Positions 22,207 through 32,341 of a DNA stretch of 35,656 bases are shown one piece after another. The notes below the pieces were generated by a model. It had not been told where the DNA came from. It saw nothing but the letters and a program-made list of their open reading frames with translations, and did not search any database. The number at the start of each line of letters is the position of its first letter. The first letter of the stretch is position 1. Origin of the DNA: Cladosporium halotolerans (taxonomy: Eukaryota); the NCBI RefSeq assembly GCF_011745625.1, contig NW_027191524.1, positions 1 through 35,656 of the forward strand, read 5' to 3'. A program made the translations under genes and the position numbers.

Positions 22207-25200
22207 TCAACGGCCGCTTTGATTCGTCGGCTCTTGTTGCGCGCCAGTAATCGAGTCTCCACCAACGTTTGCATCAAACAATCCCATCATGTCTGGAGTA
22301 GTCCCGTAAGGTGCGTCGAACCAAGGCATTATGTCGAGGCCGAGCATACTCATATCGACGCCCTGAGACTCGATCATCATGTCGCCGAAAGGCTGCATTT
22401 CAGGGTAAGGGCCAATGTCCGGCTGTTGAGCAGGTGGAGGGAAAGCATTGCTATGTTGAGTTGTAGCTCGATCGTGCATGTTTGGGGTTGATGTGGAATA
22501 TTGGAAGGGCAGCATGTTGGGCGAATGCAATTTAGAGTTGCCGTAAGGGTTGTTGAGTCCGAGTAGCAGTGAAGCATCTGAGACCGCACTTCCAGAATTC
22601 GAGTACGGTTGCAATCCAGCCTTGGTAACACCAGGAGCCAATTGAGACGGCCCTGAAGGACTGCGGGCGTGCTTAAACGGGCCTGTCGCAGAAAGGTGAG
22701 TGGAGTTGTGGTCGCTGACGGCCTGAGATGGAAGAAGCACACTGTCGCGGAAATCGTTCACGTCGCGAGGATAATGCCAAGCAAGGTTTGTCGAAGGCGA
22801 ATCCATGATGCCGGTGAGAGTCCAACCGATGGCTGCGCACATGTTAGTTGTTGTCATAAGATGCAAAACGGAAAGATCTGTGATCTTACCCTTGCCATGA
22901 TCTCCTGGCTCACCTTCCGCGCCTTGCAGGAAGTCCCTGCCAAATGCAGTGGTAGATTGAGCTCCCCAGCTCAGTCTACGTCTCCATCCCGGTGTAGTAA
23001 ACGACGGATCGGGCTTGGGTGCTTCCATAGAGCTCTCAACCTCCTCCGCCGTATACAACACGGGATCCCCAACGCCCTCGAATTTCTGATCCAGTACAGT
23101 GAGGATGTACTTTGTGCCTCCCCAATACGTCTCGAGAGACTGCAACGCCTTGTAGCATAGTTGGTAATGCTGGCTTGCAGCTGTAGCCAGTAAAGTGTGC
23201 TTGGCTAGAGACCTTCTGTCCGCCACTGTACCTGTGGCAGGTGTTCGTGGACCACTTGGCGTTACGATTGAGCCATTCGATATAGAGTATTTCTTATTGC
23301 CCTTTGGCGTGCTTGTTCCGGACTTGCCGCTGTCCGAACGGCCATTGCTGCTTGACTCTGTCGGGCTTGGCACACGACTATGCAAGTTGGATGATGCTGT
23401 TTGCTCGGCAGTCTCCTTTAAAAATGCGCAGGCTGCAATGTAGATGGGCTGAGTAGTGAATGGATTCCCTAGCGGCGCTTTGGCATCCATGAGCTGAGAG
23501 TAGCTCAAGATATCAGCAATCGTCTTGGCTGAACTCATGCTGAGTTGTTGGCTGTTCGGGAACAGCTGCAACATTCGCTCCTCAAATGTCTTCAGCAAAG
23601 TCGGTTGGTGCAGAAGCACAATGAGCATGTGGAACCAGAAATGCAGCAGAACAAAATTGGTGCCTTCTCCAGCCTTCATGTAATATTGGAAATTGACCGC
23701 ATCAAAATGAAGCCGCGTCGAAAGACCTTGGTAGAAATTGGTGACTTGGCTCTCCATTGATGCCAATCGCTTTGAGGTCTCCGCGTTGACATCTGAAGGC
23801 GACTTGATGGTGTTCAGCAGATCTGCAACTCGTCCGTAAAGATGCACAATGCGTATCAATGCCGGGAAAGGTTGTGGCCAGTCAGATTGGTGGAGAGTGC
23901 CTCCGAGCGGAGGAAACGAGACTTCAATGTCCTTGCCTCTCAGAGTACTGCGCCTACCAGTACCAGAGGCAACAACACGATCCAAGAGAAAGATAGCCCA
24001 GAATGTGTCAACTCGTTCCTGCTCGACCGCTTTATGCTCATCCACGTCTTTTACCGCTTCTGGGCTAGGCTCGGGTTTTCCGGTCGGCTTTGGAGGGGCA
24101 CGAGGCTTGTCGTAATCGCTTTCGCACATCGAGTGACGCTTAACCTGCCGGGGCGTTGGCCCTTCCATACCTTTGTATTTCAGACCCTGCACATTTTGCA
24201 TGCCAAGATCTTGCGCGAGACGAATGGCGATGCCTAAGTACATCCAGAGGCCACTGTCACGGCTTTCGCCGAACTCATTGTAAGCCAGTAGTAGAGCAGC
24301 CTGTACAGCGGCCACATTCGGTACAGCAAAAGTGTTTATCAGCGCGGTCTTAGCGCGCATGCCAAATGCGGAGCCGTATTCTGCTGGCGCAAAGAAACTG
24401 CCGTCTCGGTTGCGTTGCTGCGTCAAAAGCTGGTGAGTGGAGAAACGTGCTGCTAGAGCGCAGATGGCGTCGACCAAGATGGCATCCACCTGCTTGTCCT
24501 CCAGATCTCGCAGAAAGCGATCGCGCTGCAGGAAAGGGTAATTACAGCCAAGATGAGTGAAGAATGTCTGACCAAGCTGGGTGATAAGCTCGCTCAGCGG
24601 CATGGCACTGTTGTCGTAAAAGGGAAGGTTGATCGGAGTGCGCGTCTCACTATCAACGGTGGCCGGTGTCGTATTGAATCTTGACGGCGCGGGATAGTCT
24701 GTTCCGTTGCTTGCATTGCTCAGAGAAGGTGATTTCATGCCAGCAGCGCCTCCACCGTCGGTAGAGGACCTAGTGAGTTCGCTTTCCTGACGCTTGACTT
24801 TCACGACCATCTGCTTAAAACCAGGCATGACGGCAGTCGGTCCCAGCCAGCGAAAATAAGGCATCCTGTTCCGGGGCCCAGCGAAAAGCGGTTGTTCGGG
24901 TACACCAGGCTCTGTTGCCGGCGCTGTGGCATCTTGTGATAGCCTGGCGGCGGTGGGTGAGAGGTCACCGACATTGTTCGAAGAATTTGACGTCGACGAA
25001 GTGTGTTGTAATGTTGCTGCCTGTGGCCCTGGCTGAGACTCTTGGGTGCTGTGGTCTTCCACCTTTGTCTGCGATTTCCTCGTCTCAAGTGCTGGTCGGG
25101 TCGGATTGCCAGACACGGTTCGCTTACTACTGCTTCCCGCGGGTGCTTCGTTAGAGTATCCCGCGCAATCGAGTTTGTTCTGTTTGCAGGTATCGCAAAA

Positions 25201-25452
25201 TGGTCGCTCGCCTGTGGGGCAATGCAGATTAGTATGGGCGTCCGGCCAGGTCGTTCTTTGCTGCACTCTCTTACCGCTACAAGCTGTCTTCCTCTTCCTG
25301 CACGTCAAGCATGCGGCTCCAATGCGCCGCCTCTTCGGATGAGGCGCGCCATAGTTTGTGACGAGACGCAGCGGCTTCGCTTGATTCTTGCTGCCACTCT
25401 GAACAGAGTCGTTATCGGTGGACGGCGGTCGGGACGTATGTACAATATCCAT
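22207..25452 (-). CDS. Zn(II)2Cys6 transcription factor with fungal-specific middle homology region, ~1041 aa after splicing (exons 25452-25275, 25211-22890, 22832-22207)
   Basis: After removing a 63-nt intron (25274..25212), the cluster reads ACLTCRKRKTACSGERPFCDTCKQNKLDC. The middle region has FFTHLGCNYPFL, WMYLGIAIRLAQDLG and TFWAIFLLDR. A second 57-nt intron lies at 22889..22833. Both introns have GTAAG donors, CTAAY branch sites and CAG acceptors. Confidence 0.93.
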   Translation of the reverse strand: MDIVHTSRPPSTDNDSVQSGSKNQAKPLRLVTNYGAPHPKRRRIGAACLTCRKRKTACSGKRVQQRTTWPDAHTNLHCPTGERPFCDTCKQNKLDCAGYSNEAPAGSSSKRTVSGNPTRPALETRKSQTKVEDHSTQESQPGPQAATLQHTSSTSNSSNNVGDLSPTAARLSQDATAPATEPGVPEQPLFAGPRNRMPYFRWLGPTAVMPGFKQMVVKVKRQESELTRSSTDGGGAAGMKSPSLSNASNGTDYPAPSRFNTTPATVDSETRTPINLPFYDNSAMPLSELITQLGQTFFTHLGCNYPFLQRDRFLRDLEDKQVDAILVDAICALAARFSTHQLLTQQRNRDGSFFAPAEYGSAFGMRAKTALINTFAVPNVAAVQAALLLAYNEFGESRDSGLWMYLGIAIRLAQDLGMQNVQGLKYKGMEGPTPRQVKRHSMCESDYDKPRAPPKPTGKPEPSPEAVKDVDEHKAVEQERVDTFWAIFLLDRVVASGTGRRSTLRGKDIEVSFPPLGGTLHQSDWPQPFPALIRIVHLYGRVADLLNTIKSPSDVNAETSKRLASMESQVTNFYQGLSTRLHFDAVNFQYYMKAGEGTNFVLLHFWFHMLIVLLHQPTLLKTFEERMLQLFPNSQQLSMSSAKTIADILSYSQLMDAKAPLGNPFTTQPIYIAACAFLKETAEQTASSNLHSRVPSPTESSSNGRSDSGKSGTSTPKGNKKYSISNGSIVTPSGPRTPATGTVADRRSLAKHTLLATAASQHYQLCYKALQSLETYWGGTKYILTVLDQKFEGVGDPVLYTAEEVESSMEAPKPDPSFTTPGWRRRLSWGAQSTTAFGRDFLQGAEGEPGDHGKGKITDLSVLHLMTTTNMCAAIGWTLTGIMDSPSTNLAWHYPRDVNDFRDSVLLPSQAVSDHNSTHLSATGPFKHARSPSGPSQLAPGVTKAGLQPYSNSGSAVSDASLLLGLNNPYGNSKLHSPNMLPFQYSTSTPNMHDRATTQHSNAFPPPAQQPDIGPYPEMQPFGDMMIESQGVDMSMLGLDIMPWFDAPYGTTPDMMGLFDANVGGDSITGAQQEPTNQSGR

Positions 25453-26350
25453 GCTTTCTGCTACTTCAGGCGCAACTGGTCGCTCCAGGCGCGCTGGCTC
25501 AAGGAGTAGTGCGCGGTCCGGCTACCCTTCCACATCTGCTATCGCGTGCGGCGGATCGGGGTGGAGTGACGAGATTCGGCGTGCGGTGGACGGTGCGAGT
25601 GTTGTGGGTGCTTCGAGGCGAAATTCGTGTTGCGGTGACTACGATGCCAGCAATGCGGGTCTGGCGAAGTTCTAGTGCGTTAGGTGATGGCGTGTCTGGC
25701 CCGGGCTCTGGTCTTTGCTTGCGGGGGCTCCGGCTCCGCTTGAGGTGAACTCCGCACTAACAGCCCCAAGCTTTGCTCTCTCCACAAATCTATTACTTCC
25801 AAGAGACGCATTCTTGGCCCGCCATGCAAGAAGCAAAGCGCACTGCATGATGTCCACGTGATTCATACACCTCAATGACCAGGATCTTAGTCCTTGAATC
25901 ATGCTTGTAAATAATAGAGGGTCTGAGGGGTGACCTCGGCGCGGCTCGTACGGCCAGCTGGTTGCAGATCCGCTTCGGCGTACCACCTGCATACGCGCTA
26001 GATCTGCCCTTTCATAACACTGCTCGAAACTTCTTCCGCACGTTGCTAGCGCACGTGTGCTATCAGAACTCTGTGAACGAACCAGTGCCATTGTTGTAGG
26101 GCCCACGAAGCGAGGAGAGCAACGTCGCGACGGTTACCTGGATCAGCTAAGGAGAGTCATTCTGTCATCCGCGCGACTTCATCAGCTTCAAGGACGGCAT
26201 CCCTCCTCGGCAGTGCCAGGTGTTGAATACATTGATGGCCGAGCCGGAAGTTTCTCCTATGTTGTCTATGTTTGCAGTAGCGACAGCAGCAGTGGTATGC
26301 CAGGCTTCCTTGTGACAGCACGGCTTTACTGATCTCAGGGACAAACAGAC

Positions 26351-26807
26351 GTGTCGTACACGTCAGACCAGGAGACCGAAGGGTCACCAACTCCACCACC
26401 GGAACAGGTGACCGTCTTCGGGGCGATCGAGGATGCACCTGGGCCCGGATTGAGAAAGCTGGTCAAAAACCTCTGGGATCACTTCGCAGATACCAGACCA
26501 ACCATTGACGACAACCTTCGAAGACCGGTGGATAAAAGTCCAGGGATGATGCGTAAAGCCCTCGAGTATTGCCGCAATTGTCACGAGTATTACGTCGTCG
26601 ACTTAAACGCTAAAGGCGTTTGCAGGTATCATTCTGGTGAGGGGCCAGATGTACACAGTCAGACAAGGCTCCGAGCTACATGTGAGATCATGCAAGACGA
26701 CACAGAACTGGACGACGATCGGAATTCTGGGCAGAGTTTTACGACAAGTCGTGTGGTATGCCTTCGCCAAAGTCGTTCATGGAAGACCCAGATTTCGAAG
26801 AAGGCTA
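26351..26807 (+). pseudogene. 5' part of a small fungal Cys/His (CxxC...C-x-x-H) hypothetical gene interrupted by the transposon
   Basis: RKALEYCRNCHEYYVVDLNAKGVCRYHS, a probable intron at 26637..26696, then an acidic segment ELDDD/EFWAEFYDKSCGMP...DPDFEEG that ends at the TA target. It begins with GTG rather than ATG and has a frameshift at ~26719. Confidence 0.5.
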
Positions 26808-28666
26808 ACGTGCACGATAAGCGAGCTGAACAGATAAGCGAGCTGAACACCTACCAGTTTTTCCGCGAGGCAAAGCATGAATATCGACCGCGAATAGGCT
26901 CGGCAGCCGAAAATCAATACACGGCTATCTTCTCAAGACGTTTGCGCATCCATCTGACAGGTTCGCGCGTTGTGTCCAGGGTTTCCACATGCGCCGCAAC
27001 GCCGACGCCGCACCTCGACCCTCGGCTTGCGGCCACTGCTTCGCCGCTTTTCCTCCCTGATCTCGGCCTCATCGTCGTCTCGGACCTGCAAATCTCGCCC
27101 AGCGGCCAAAGACAGACTCCCTCCCTTCTGGAGACGTTTTTTTTTGGTCCGGCGGCGACGGCTCAGTGCTTCAACCTCCTCACGAAGATTCTTGTTTTCT
27201 GACTTCAAAAGTACCATTTCATGCATCACCCCTTGTGTGCCTCTAACGATTTGATCTACTGCATCGAGGGCGGACGTCGGCGAGCTATTTTGATGGCGGG
27301 TGATACGATTCCTGATGAATTTGGACTGTGATGTCGCTTCTGTCGCATTCCTAGGCGTTCGAGGATCCCAAGGTGAGGGCGCCTGGGAGTCCTCCTCAAC
27401 CGGCGTCGGCGTTCGTGGGGCCACGTCCAGCCTAGATACCACCCTTGTCGCATCCAGAGGAACAAGTCCGGTACCTCGGAAGCCTCCTTGTATGTTTCTT
27501 CTCTGCCAAAGAGTCATGAAACGCAGCCGAAAATGCCGACAAGAAGTCTTCTTCCGCAACGTGGGTTATGCCTGCGCGGACCTTCTCTAACTGTCGCCCA
27601 CAGGATTTCTTAAGCGGACCAAAACACCCGACATCCAGAGGCTGGAGGATATTGGATGAGTGAGGAGGCATGCAGAGTGTGATGACTTCGTTCTCCTTGC
27701 AGTATAGCTCAAAGGATGTGGAGTGGTGACTTCCGTGTCCATCCAAGACGAGGAGGCGGTACCTGCCTATAGTTCTGGGTCTTGTATGATCGTTGAAGTG
27801 TCTGATCCACTCCAGAGCTGTCTCGTTTGTTGTCCATCCTTTGTCTGTTGTAGAAATCACCCAGTCTTTTGGCAAAGGACTATCTTTGTACCACGTCATG
27901 AGGTGATACTGAGCGGCAACAATGATGAAGGGCGGAATCGTCCAGCCTTGCGAGTTGACCCCTTGAATCACTGTGACCCATTCCCGATCTCCAGGATGGA
28001 CCATTCTTGCGTTCGAGCGTTTGTTTGCGCTTGTGACGACCATGCCCGTCGAGATGACGCCTATCATAAAGCCAGCCTCGTCAAAGTTGTGGATATCCGC
28101 GTCTAGAATGCCGTACTTGGCAATGGTATTCTGTACAAGCGCGAACCAACTACGGACAACTTCTGGATCTTCGCATTGGGCCCTGTCATGGTCGCGCCTC
28201 CGAATAAACCGTGTTCTGAGCCGCGGTTGCCGTTCCACAAAGTTGGATGCCCACCGCTTTCCGACCGGAGGCGAGTCGCGATCGGCAAGCAATTTGTTGG
28301 CCATATCTTCCACATTGGCGAGCCGGGGTGGGAATGACCGCGCGTGCAGGTCGAGGACGTGCTGCAAAATTGCTCCCTCTTCTGCATCGGTCAGCTTTCG
28401 CGATTTGGGCGTGCTATCGCGTCGTGATGATGTTCCTCTGAGACGCATAGTCAATGTGGTATGCGGGACTGAATATGTCTTGGCTGCTGCCCGGATGCGG
28501 AGATCTGGGTCATTCTGAATAGCTTTTACAGCAAGCATTAAGCGTTCTTCATTTCTGGTGGACTCCTTTAAAATTGGGTGAATAAACGCGTCACGACTGT
28601 GGTAGACGCGTTGTCGCGCTTTAGCGTTCAGCTCGCTTATCTGTTCAGCTCGCTTATCGTGCACGT
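26808..28666 (-). mobile_element. Fot1/Pot2-like (pogo, Tc1-mariner superfamily) DNA transposon, 1859 bp
   Basis: Perfect 41-bp TIRs ACGTGCACGATAAGCGAGCTGAACAGATAAGCGAGCTGAAC at 26808-26848 and 28626-28666. TA flanks both sides (26806-26807, 28667-28668). Confidence 0.96.
26933..28570 (-). pseudogene. Fot1/pogo transposase (HTH, CENP-B HTH, DDE_1, zinc knuckle), frameshifted
   Basis: IRAAAKTYSVPHTTL, the catalytic triad in NFDEAGF / VLDGHGSH / QPLDVGCF, and C-terminal RRCGACGNPGHNARTC. There is a frameshift at ~27495. The expected start looks mutated and the next ATG is near 28537. Confidence 0.92.
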
Positions 28667-28850
28667 TACTGAATCAGCGTTTTCTGAATCGCTTCATAGA
28701 TTCAGTAAGATTCAGTAGATTTAGTCGGCTGGACCATTTTTGGTGCTATATTGTAGCATTTTGGGTCAGGGTTAGGGGTTCATTGACAGAGTTCTAAGGC
28801 TAGTCTACCTTTACACCTGATCCGATACGCGGCAAAATGCGGGCCCTATA

Positions 28851-30984
28851 GAAGTCTTGGACAGTCCGTGCACGCGGACAGTCAATGGACGAGTCGCGCG
28901 TCGCATCTAACATGAGAGACACCTATACTCACCCTGCCAATCCGGCCTGAATCTACTTGAAATTCACGTCACAAGCTCTCTAATCGGTTGTTGATCATTC
29001 GATTCATTTCCAGTCCAATAAATGCATTGGTACACGAATAATTCTCCCCGACCTCGATCTGAGCTGTTTTGCTCCCTCTGGCGCATTTGTACGCTGCTCT
29101 ACGAGTACAGGCTCTGTAGGTGCCATTTGTTTCTTTGGCCCTTCCTCTTGGCCTCTTGCTTTGAGTCTCTAACCCTGATTTTGCCTGTTTCTGGGCCCTT
29201 TTCGCTGCTCTATCTGCTTCTCTCTGAGCCGTCTCCAATACTTTAGCTGCCTTGCGAGCAGCTTGAGCTATGGCTCTGTCATCGCGCCTCTTCTGAGCCT
29301 CCTGCTCCTTCCGGGCCTTTGCGAGAGCTCTCTCTCGAATCCTAGGCTCTTTGTCCTCTCGCTCTTGCTCCTTTTCTTGCTCCCTCCGGCCTTGACGCTC
29401 AACAGCAGCTTTCACCTTGCCAGGGCTGAACAGAATCGAACCAGAACCCTCTTCGGCTCCAAATTGCTCAATCAGCTTCTTGCCACGTTTCCTCTCCTTC
29501 TTCTTATGCCGCAAAGCCTCCGTTGCCTGTTGTTTACCAAGTTTCCCGAGGGTTGCCTCTGCTCTTCACTTTTGAAGGTCATCACTGAGCCTCTTGATGA
29601 CTTTTTTTGGTCTTCCGGTCCACGTCCTTGCTGATGAGCGTCCTTAGCTTTCTTATTCCGGAAGGAGAGTCCCAACAAGCAGAAGGACTGCTTGATAGCA
29701 TTCTGTCAAGCCCCCTCGCTGCTGATTCTCTCTGGTTTCTTGGCCTCATCTCGTCAAGCACTTAAGGCAGGGTCAAAGGGGAAAAGACCAGTCTTGCTCT
29801 AGCTAGAAGCGATGTTTTTCTCTGTAAAGGCTTTGTGCCAAGCTGGATAAGAGCATTTGAAGAAATTTCTTTTGGTCATCCTTGTCTGGCCTTCCGAGAG
29901 TCTAGTTTGGTGCTCGAGTAGCTGACTATAACAGGGGGCCAGAGGAGCAAAACAACCAACATCCAAAGGCTGTAGTCGGTGTGTAGAATGGGGAGGGTAC
30001 ACAGCTACAGAAATCTTGTGCTGTTGAGCCCATTCGAGGAACTTCAGGGTGATATGGGATCCATGACCATCAACAAACAACAGCCTCCAAGCCCTCCCAG
30101 CTTTCGCTTGGGTGTTCTTATCGAATAAGGCCTCCAGCCGTTTGAAACCAATCTCATCAGAAGTCCAACCACTCGGTGAAGATGTGAACCAAGCATGGTG
30201 CTCGTTGGAGTTGTAGTCTTGAACCCATGAGTCTTGGATAGAATCCCGATGTGCTGTCATAGATCAAGAGAGGAGGTAAAGCGGTTCCATCAACACAGAT
30301 CGTGGCTACAACTGTGGTCCACTCTCTCGATCCATCTTGGCCAGCCCCAAGAAGCTTGTTGTAGGCTCCGAGGTCTTTTGGAAAGTCTCGTTTGGCTTTA
30401 GTGATTCTCCCGATGAGAAAGCCCTTCTCGTCCATATTGTAGGTGTTCTCGGGCAGTATCTGGTATTCCTCCATCCTCTTGCTAAGAATGGAGAAGTATT
30501 GCTCATAAGAAGTCATAGGGTCAGCGTTATGCCTCTCGAGATCCAGACTGTTGAGATATCGAGAGTCAAGTTCATCTTTATATCTTTTGACGAACCGTCA
30601 ACACCACTTTCCTCCGGGCATCCTACCTGCAAGACGGGAAGCGATATTGACTACGATGGCTGGTGTAGGTGGCAGACACCGATCACGAAGCTGTCTTATG
30701 TGCTGTATGAGCTGTTGCTCTTGCTGGTTATTGAGGAACCTCTTATCTTCAGCTGCTTGGGCTCTAGTAGTGGTGACACCTTTCCATCTCCTGCTGAGAG
30801 TCGTACGCTTTACCCCGTACTTTCTAGCGACGGCAGCTATACAAGGCGACTCTGAAGAGCTCAAAACTGCGAGCGCTGCTTTCATTGATGCAAGGTTGCG
30901 GAATGACAGGTACTTGAACGCGTCTTGTTTACGACGCGCGACGCGTGCATTGACTGTCCGCGTGCACGGACTGTCCAAGGCTTC
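28851..30984 (-). mobile_element. Second pogo/Fot1-like DNA transposon of a different family, 2134 bp
   Basis: 53-bp TIRs with 3 mismatches (GAAGYCTTGGACAGTCCGTGCACGCGGACAGTCAATG...) at 28851-28903 and 30932-30984. TA at 28849-28850 and 30985-30986. Confidence 0.95.
28990..30885 (-). pseudogene. pogo-type transposase, multiply disrupted
   Basis: IAAVARKYGVKRTTLSRR, NMDEKGF, FVDGHGSH, HRLQPLDVGCF and a Lys/Arg/Glu-rich C-terminus. Stops at 30598 and 29799, frameshifts at ~30250 and downstream. The 3' end is approximate. Confidence 0.9.
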
Positions 30985-31061
30985 TATCCTACTTCAAAGC
31001 TGTTCGACGTGCGGAATATCTCTACACAGCTGTCATTCACATCGTTGTTAATTGAAGTGTA

Positions 31062-31931
31062 TCATTCAAACTCGTGTTCCCTCCTTTCTAGCCTCACGAC
31101 GGTCAACGCGGAAGCCAGTCTCGCCATGTCCACCGGGCTGTTCTTCAAGATCCTAAATAAATCGTCCGCATTTCCAGGCAACCCGATTCTCTCCGCTGTT
31201 TTCTGACTCCTCAAATCCAAAAATGGTGCCAACTCGCCCCAAACGCCTTGTGCCGAATCGAAGAATATATCTGCCGCCACATCTCCAAACCCCTTGATCT
31301 CCTTCATTTTTTCCCTTACTAGATTTTTGACCTCCGCACCCTCACCGTTTAGCTTCGAATGATGAAGAACGGTATTTAAATCCGCTCCACATTCTCTACG
31401 AATCCACTCCGCCACCTTTTGTAACCCCGTTGCCGTCTTCTCCCGGTAGTGCGTGTAGCCGCCCTCTGTCAGCACTTCCGTACGTTCCTCCCAAGTGCTT
31501 TTCTCCAGCGTTTCAAGATTCGTATAGCCGGCTTCAATAAGAAGACCGAGGGTTTTACTTGCGATGGCATGCGAGATGCGCGTCGAAGAGAGGAGGGCGT
31601 TGAGAAGGTGCGCAAGAAGCGTGGGAGGCGTAGGTATCCTGGGTTCGGATAAGGTCGAGGCTTCGAAAGGAAAGCTGCCGTAGGTGGCGAGAAGAGAGCG
31701 GAGGGTGGAGTTCTCAAATGCAGACAACGCTTGCTTGGGGGCTCTTTGGCACGGTTCCACGCCTCGGTGACCAAATTCGATGCCTGGCTCTGTTCCTTGT
31801 TTGTTCGCCTCATGTGCTTCTCTGTGCTTTTCCTCGACTTCCCTTGAAGCTATTCGCTTTGCGGCTGGAGAAAGTGTCTCCCGGGAGTCGTCGCTCGCTT
31901 CCGCCTTTTGCTGCCTTCTCGTAGTGACCAT
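31062..31931 (-). CDS. Conserved hypothetical protein with HhH-GPD / endonuclease III-like DNA glycosylase fold, 289 aa
   Basis: Intact intronless ATG ORF with LLSSTRISHAIA, STWEERTEVLTEGGYTHYREKTAT and an HhH-like hairpin MKEIKGFGDVAADIF, followed by WGELAPFLD. Confidence 0.75.
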   Translation of the reverse strand: MVTTRRQQKAEASDDSRETLSPAAKRIASREVEEKHREAHEANKQGTEPGIEFGHRGVEPCQRAPKQALSAFENSTLRSLLATYGSFPFEASTLSEPRIPTPPTLLAHLLNALLSSTRISHAIASKTLGLLIEAGYTNLETLEKSTWEERTEVLTEGGYTHYREKTATGLQKVAEWIRRECGADLNTVLHHSKLNGEGAEVKNLVREKMKEIKGFGDVAADIFFDSAQGVWGELAPFLDLRSQKTAERIGLPGNADDLFRILKNSPVDMARLASALTVVRLERREHEFE

Positions 31932-32341
31932 AGCTGTTTAGCTTTGTTTAGCGAAATTCGGCACGCTTCGGTTTCACTACGTCGGGAACGAAAGCAATCG
32001 TTGGGCGTCATTGTGATCGATTTGATACTGTGATGTCACTGAGCCGTCATATCCCGTATTGCTGCACGCTGCGTCCTGTGCTTGTCCTTTCAATTTTGAA
32101 AACTCACTGCCATTTCGTACTTTCATGTCAGCCAGGTTTTCGGATGTTGGGCGCGAATGTACGGAAAGATATGTAGTGAGACCAAAATGCGTTGCAGAAC
32201 TACCAGACAAAATAATTACCTGAGCTGGTATTTGATTTTCACATACAGTATGGGAAAGCGAAAACATGGCCCGTCGGCTGACGAATCCAGCTGAATTCAC
32301 GAATGCGGGGCTCTTTTTGATCAGTAGAACGAGCTCCTTCG

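Noticed and set aside
26816..26848. Direct repeats resembling a mini-CRISPR
   Set aside because: These are two adjacent units inside a TIR, with no spacers or cas genes, in a eukaryotic context.
26351..27202. 283-aa ORF as a host-transposon fusion protein
   Set aside because: It reads through a probable intron and then antisense into the TIR and transposase, so it is most likely incidental.
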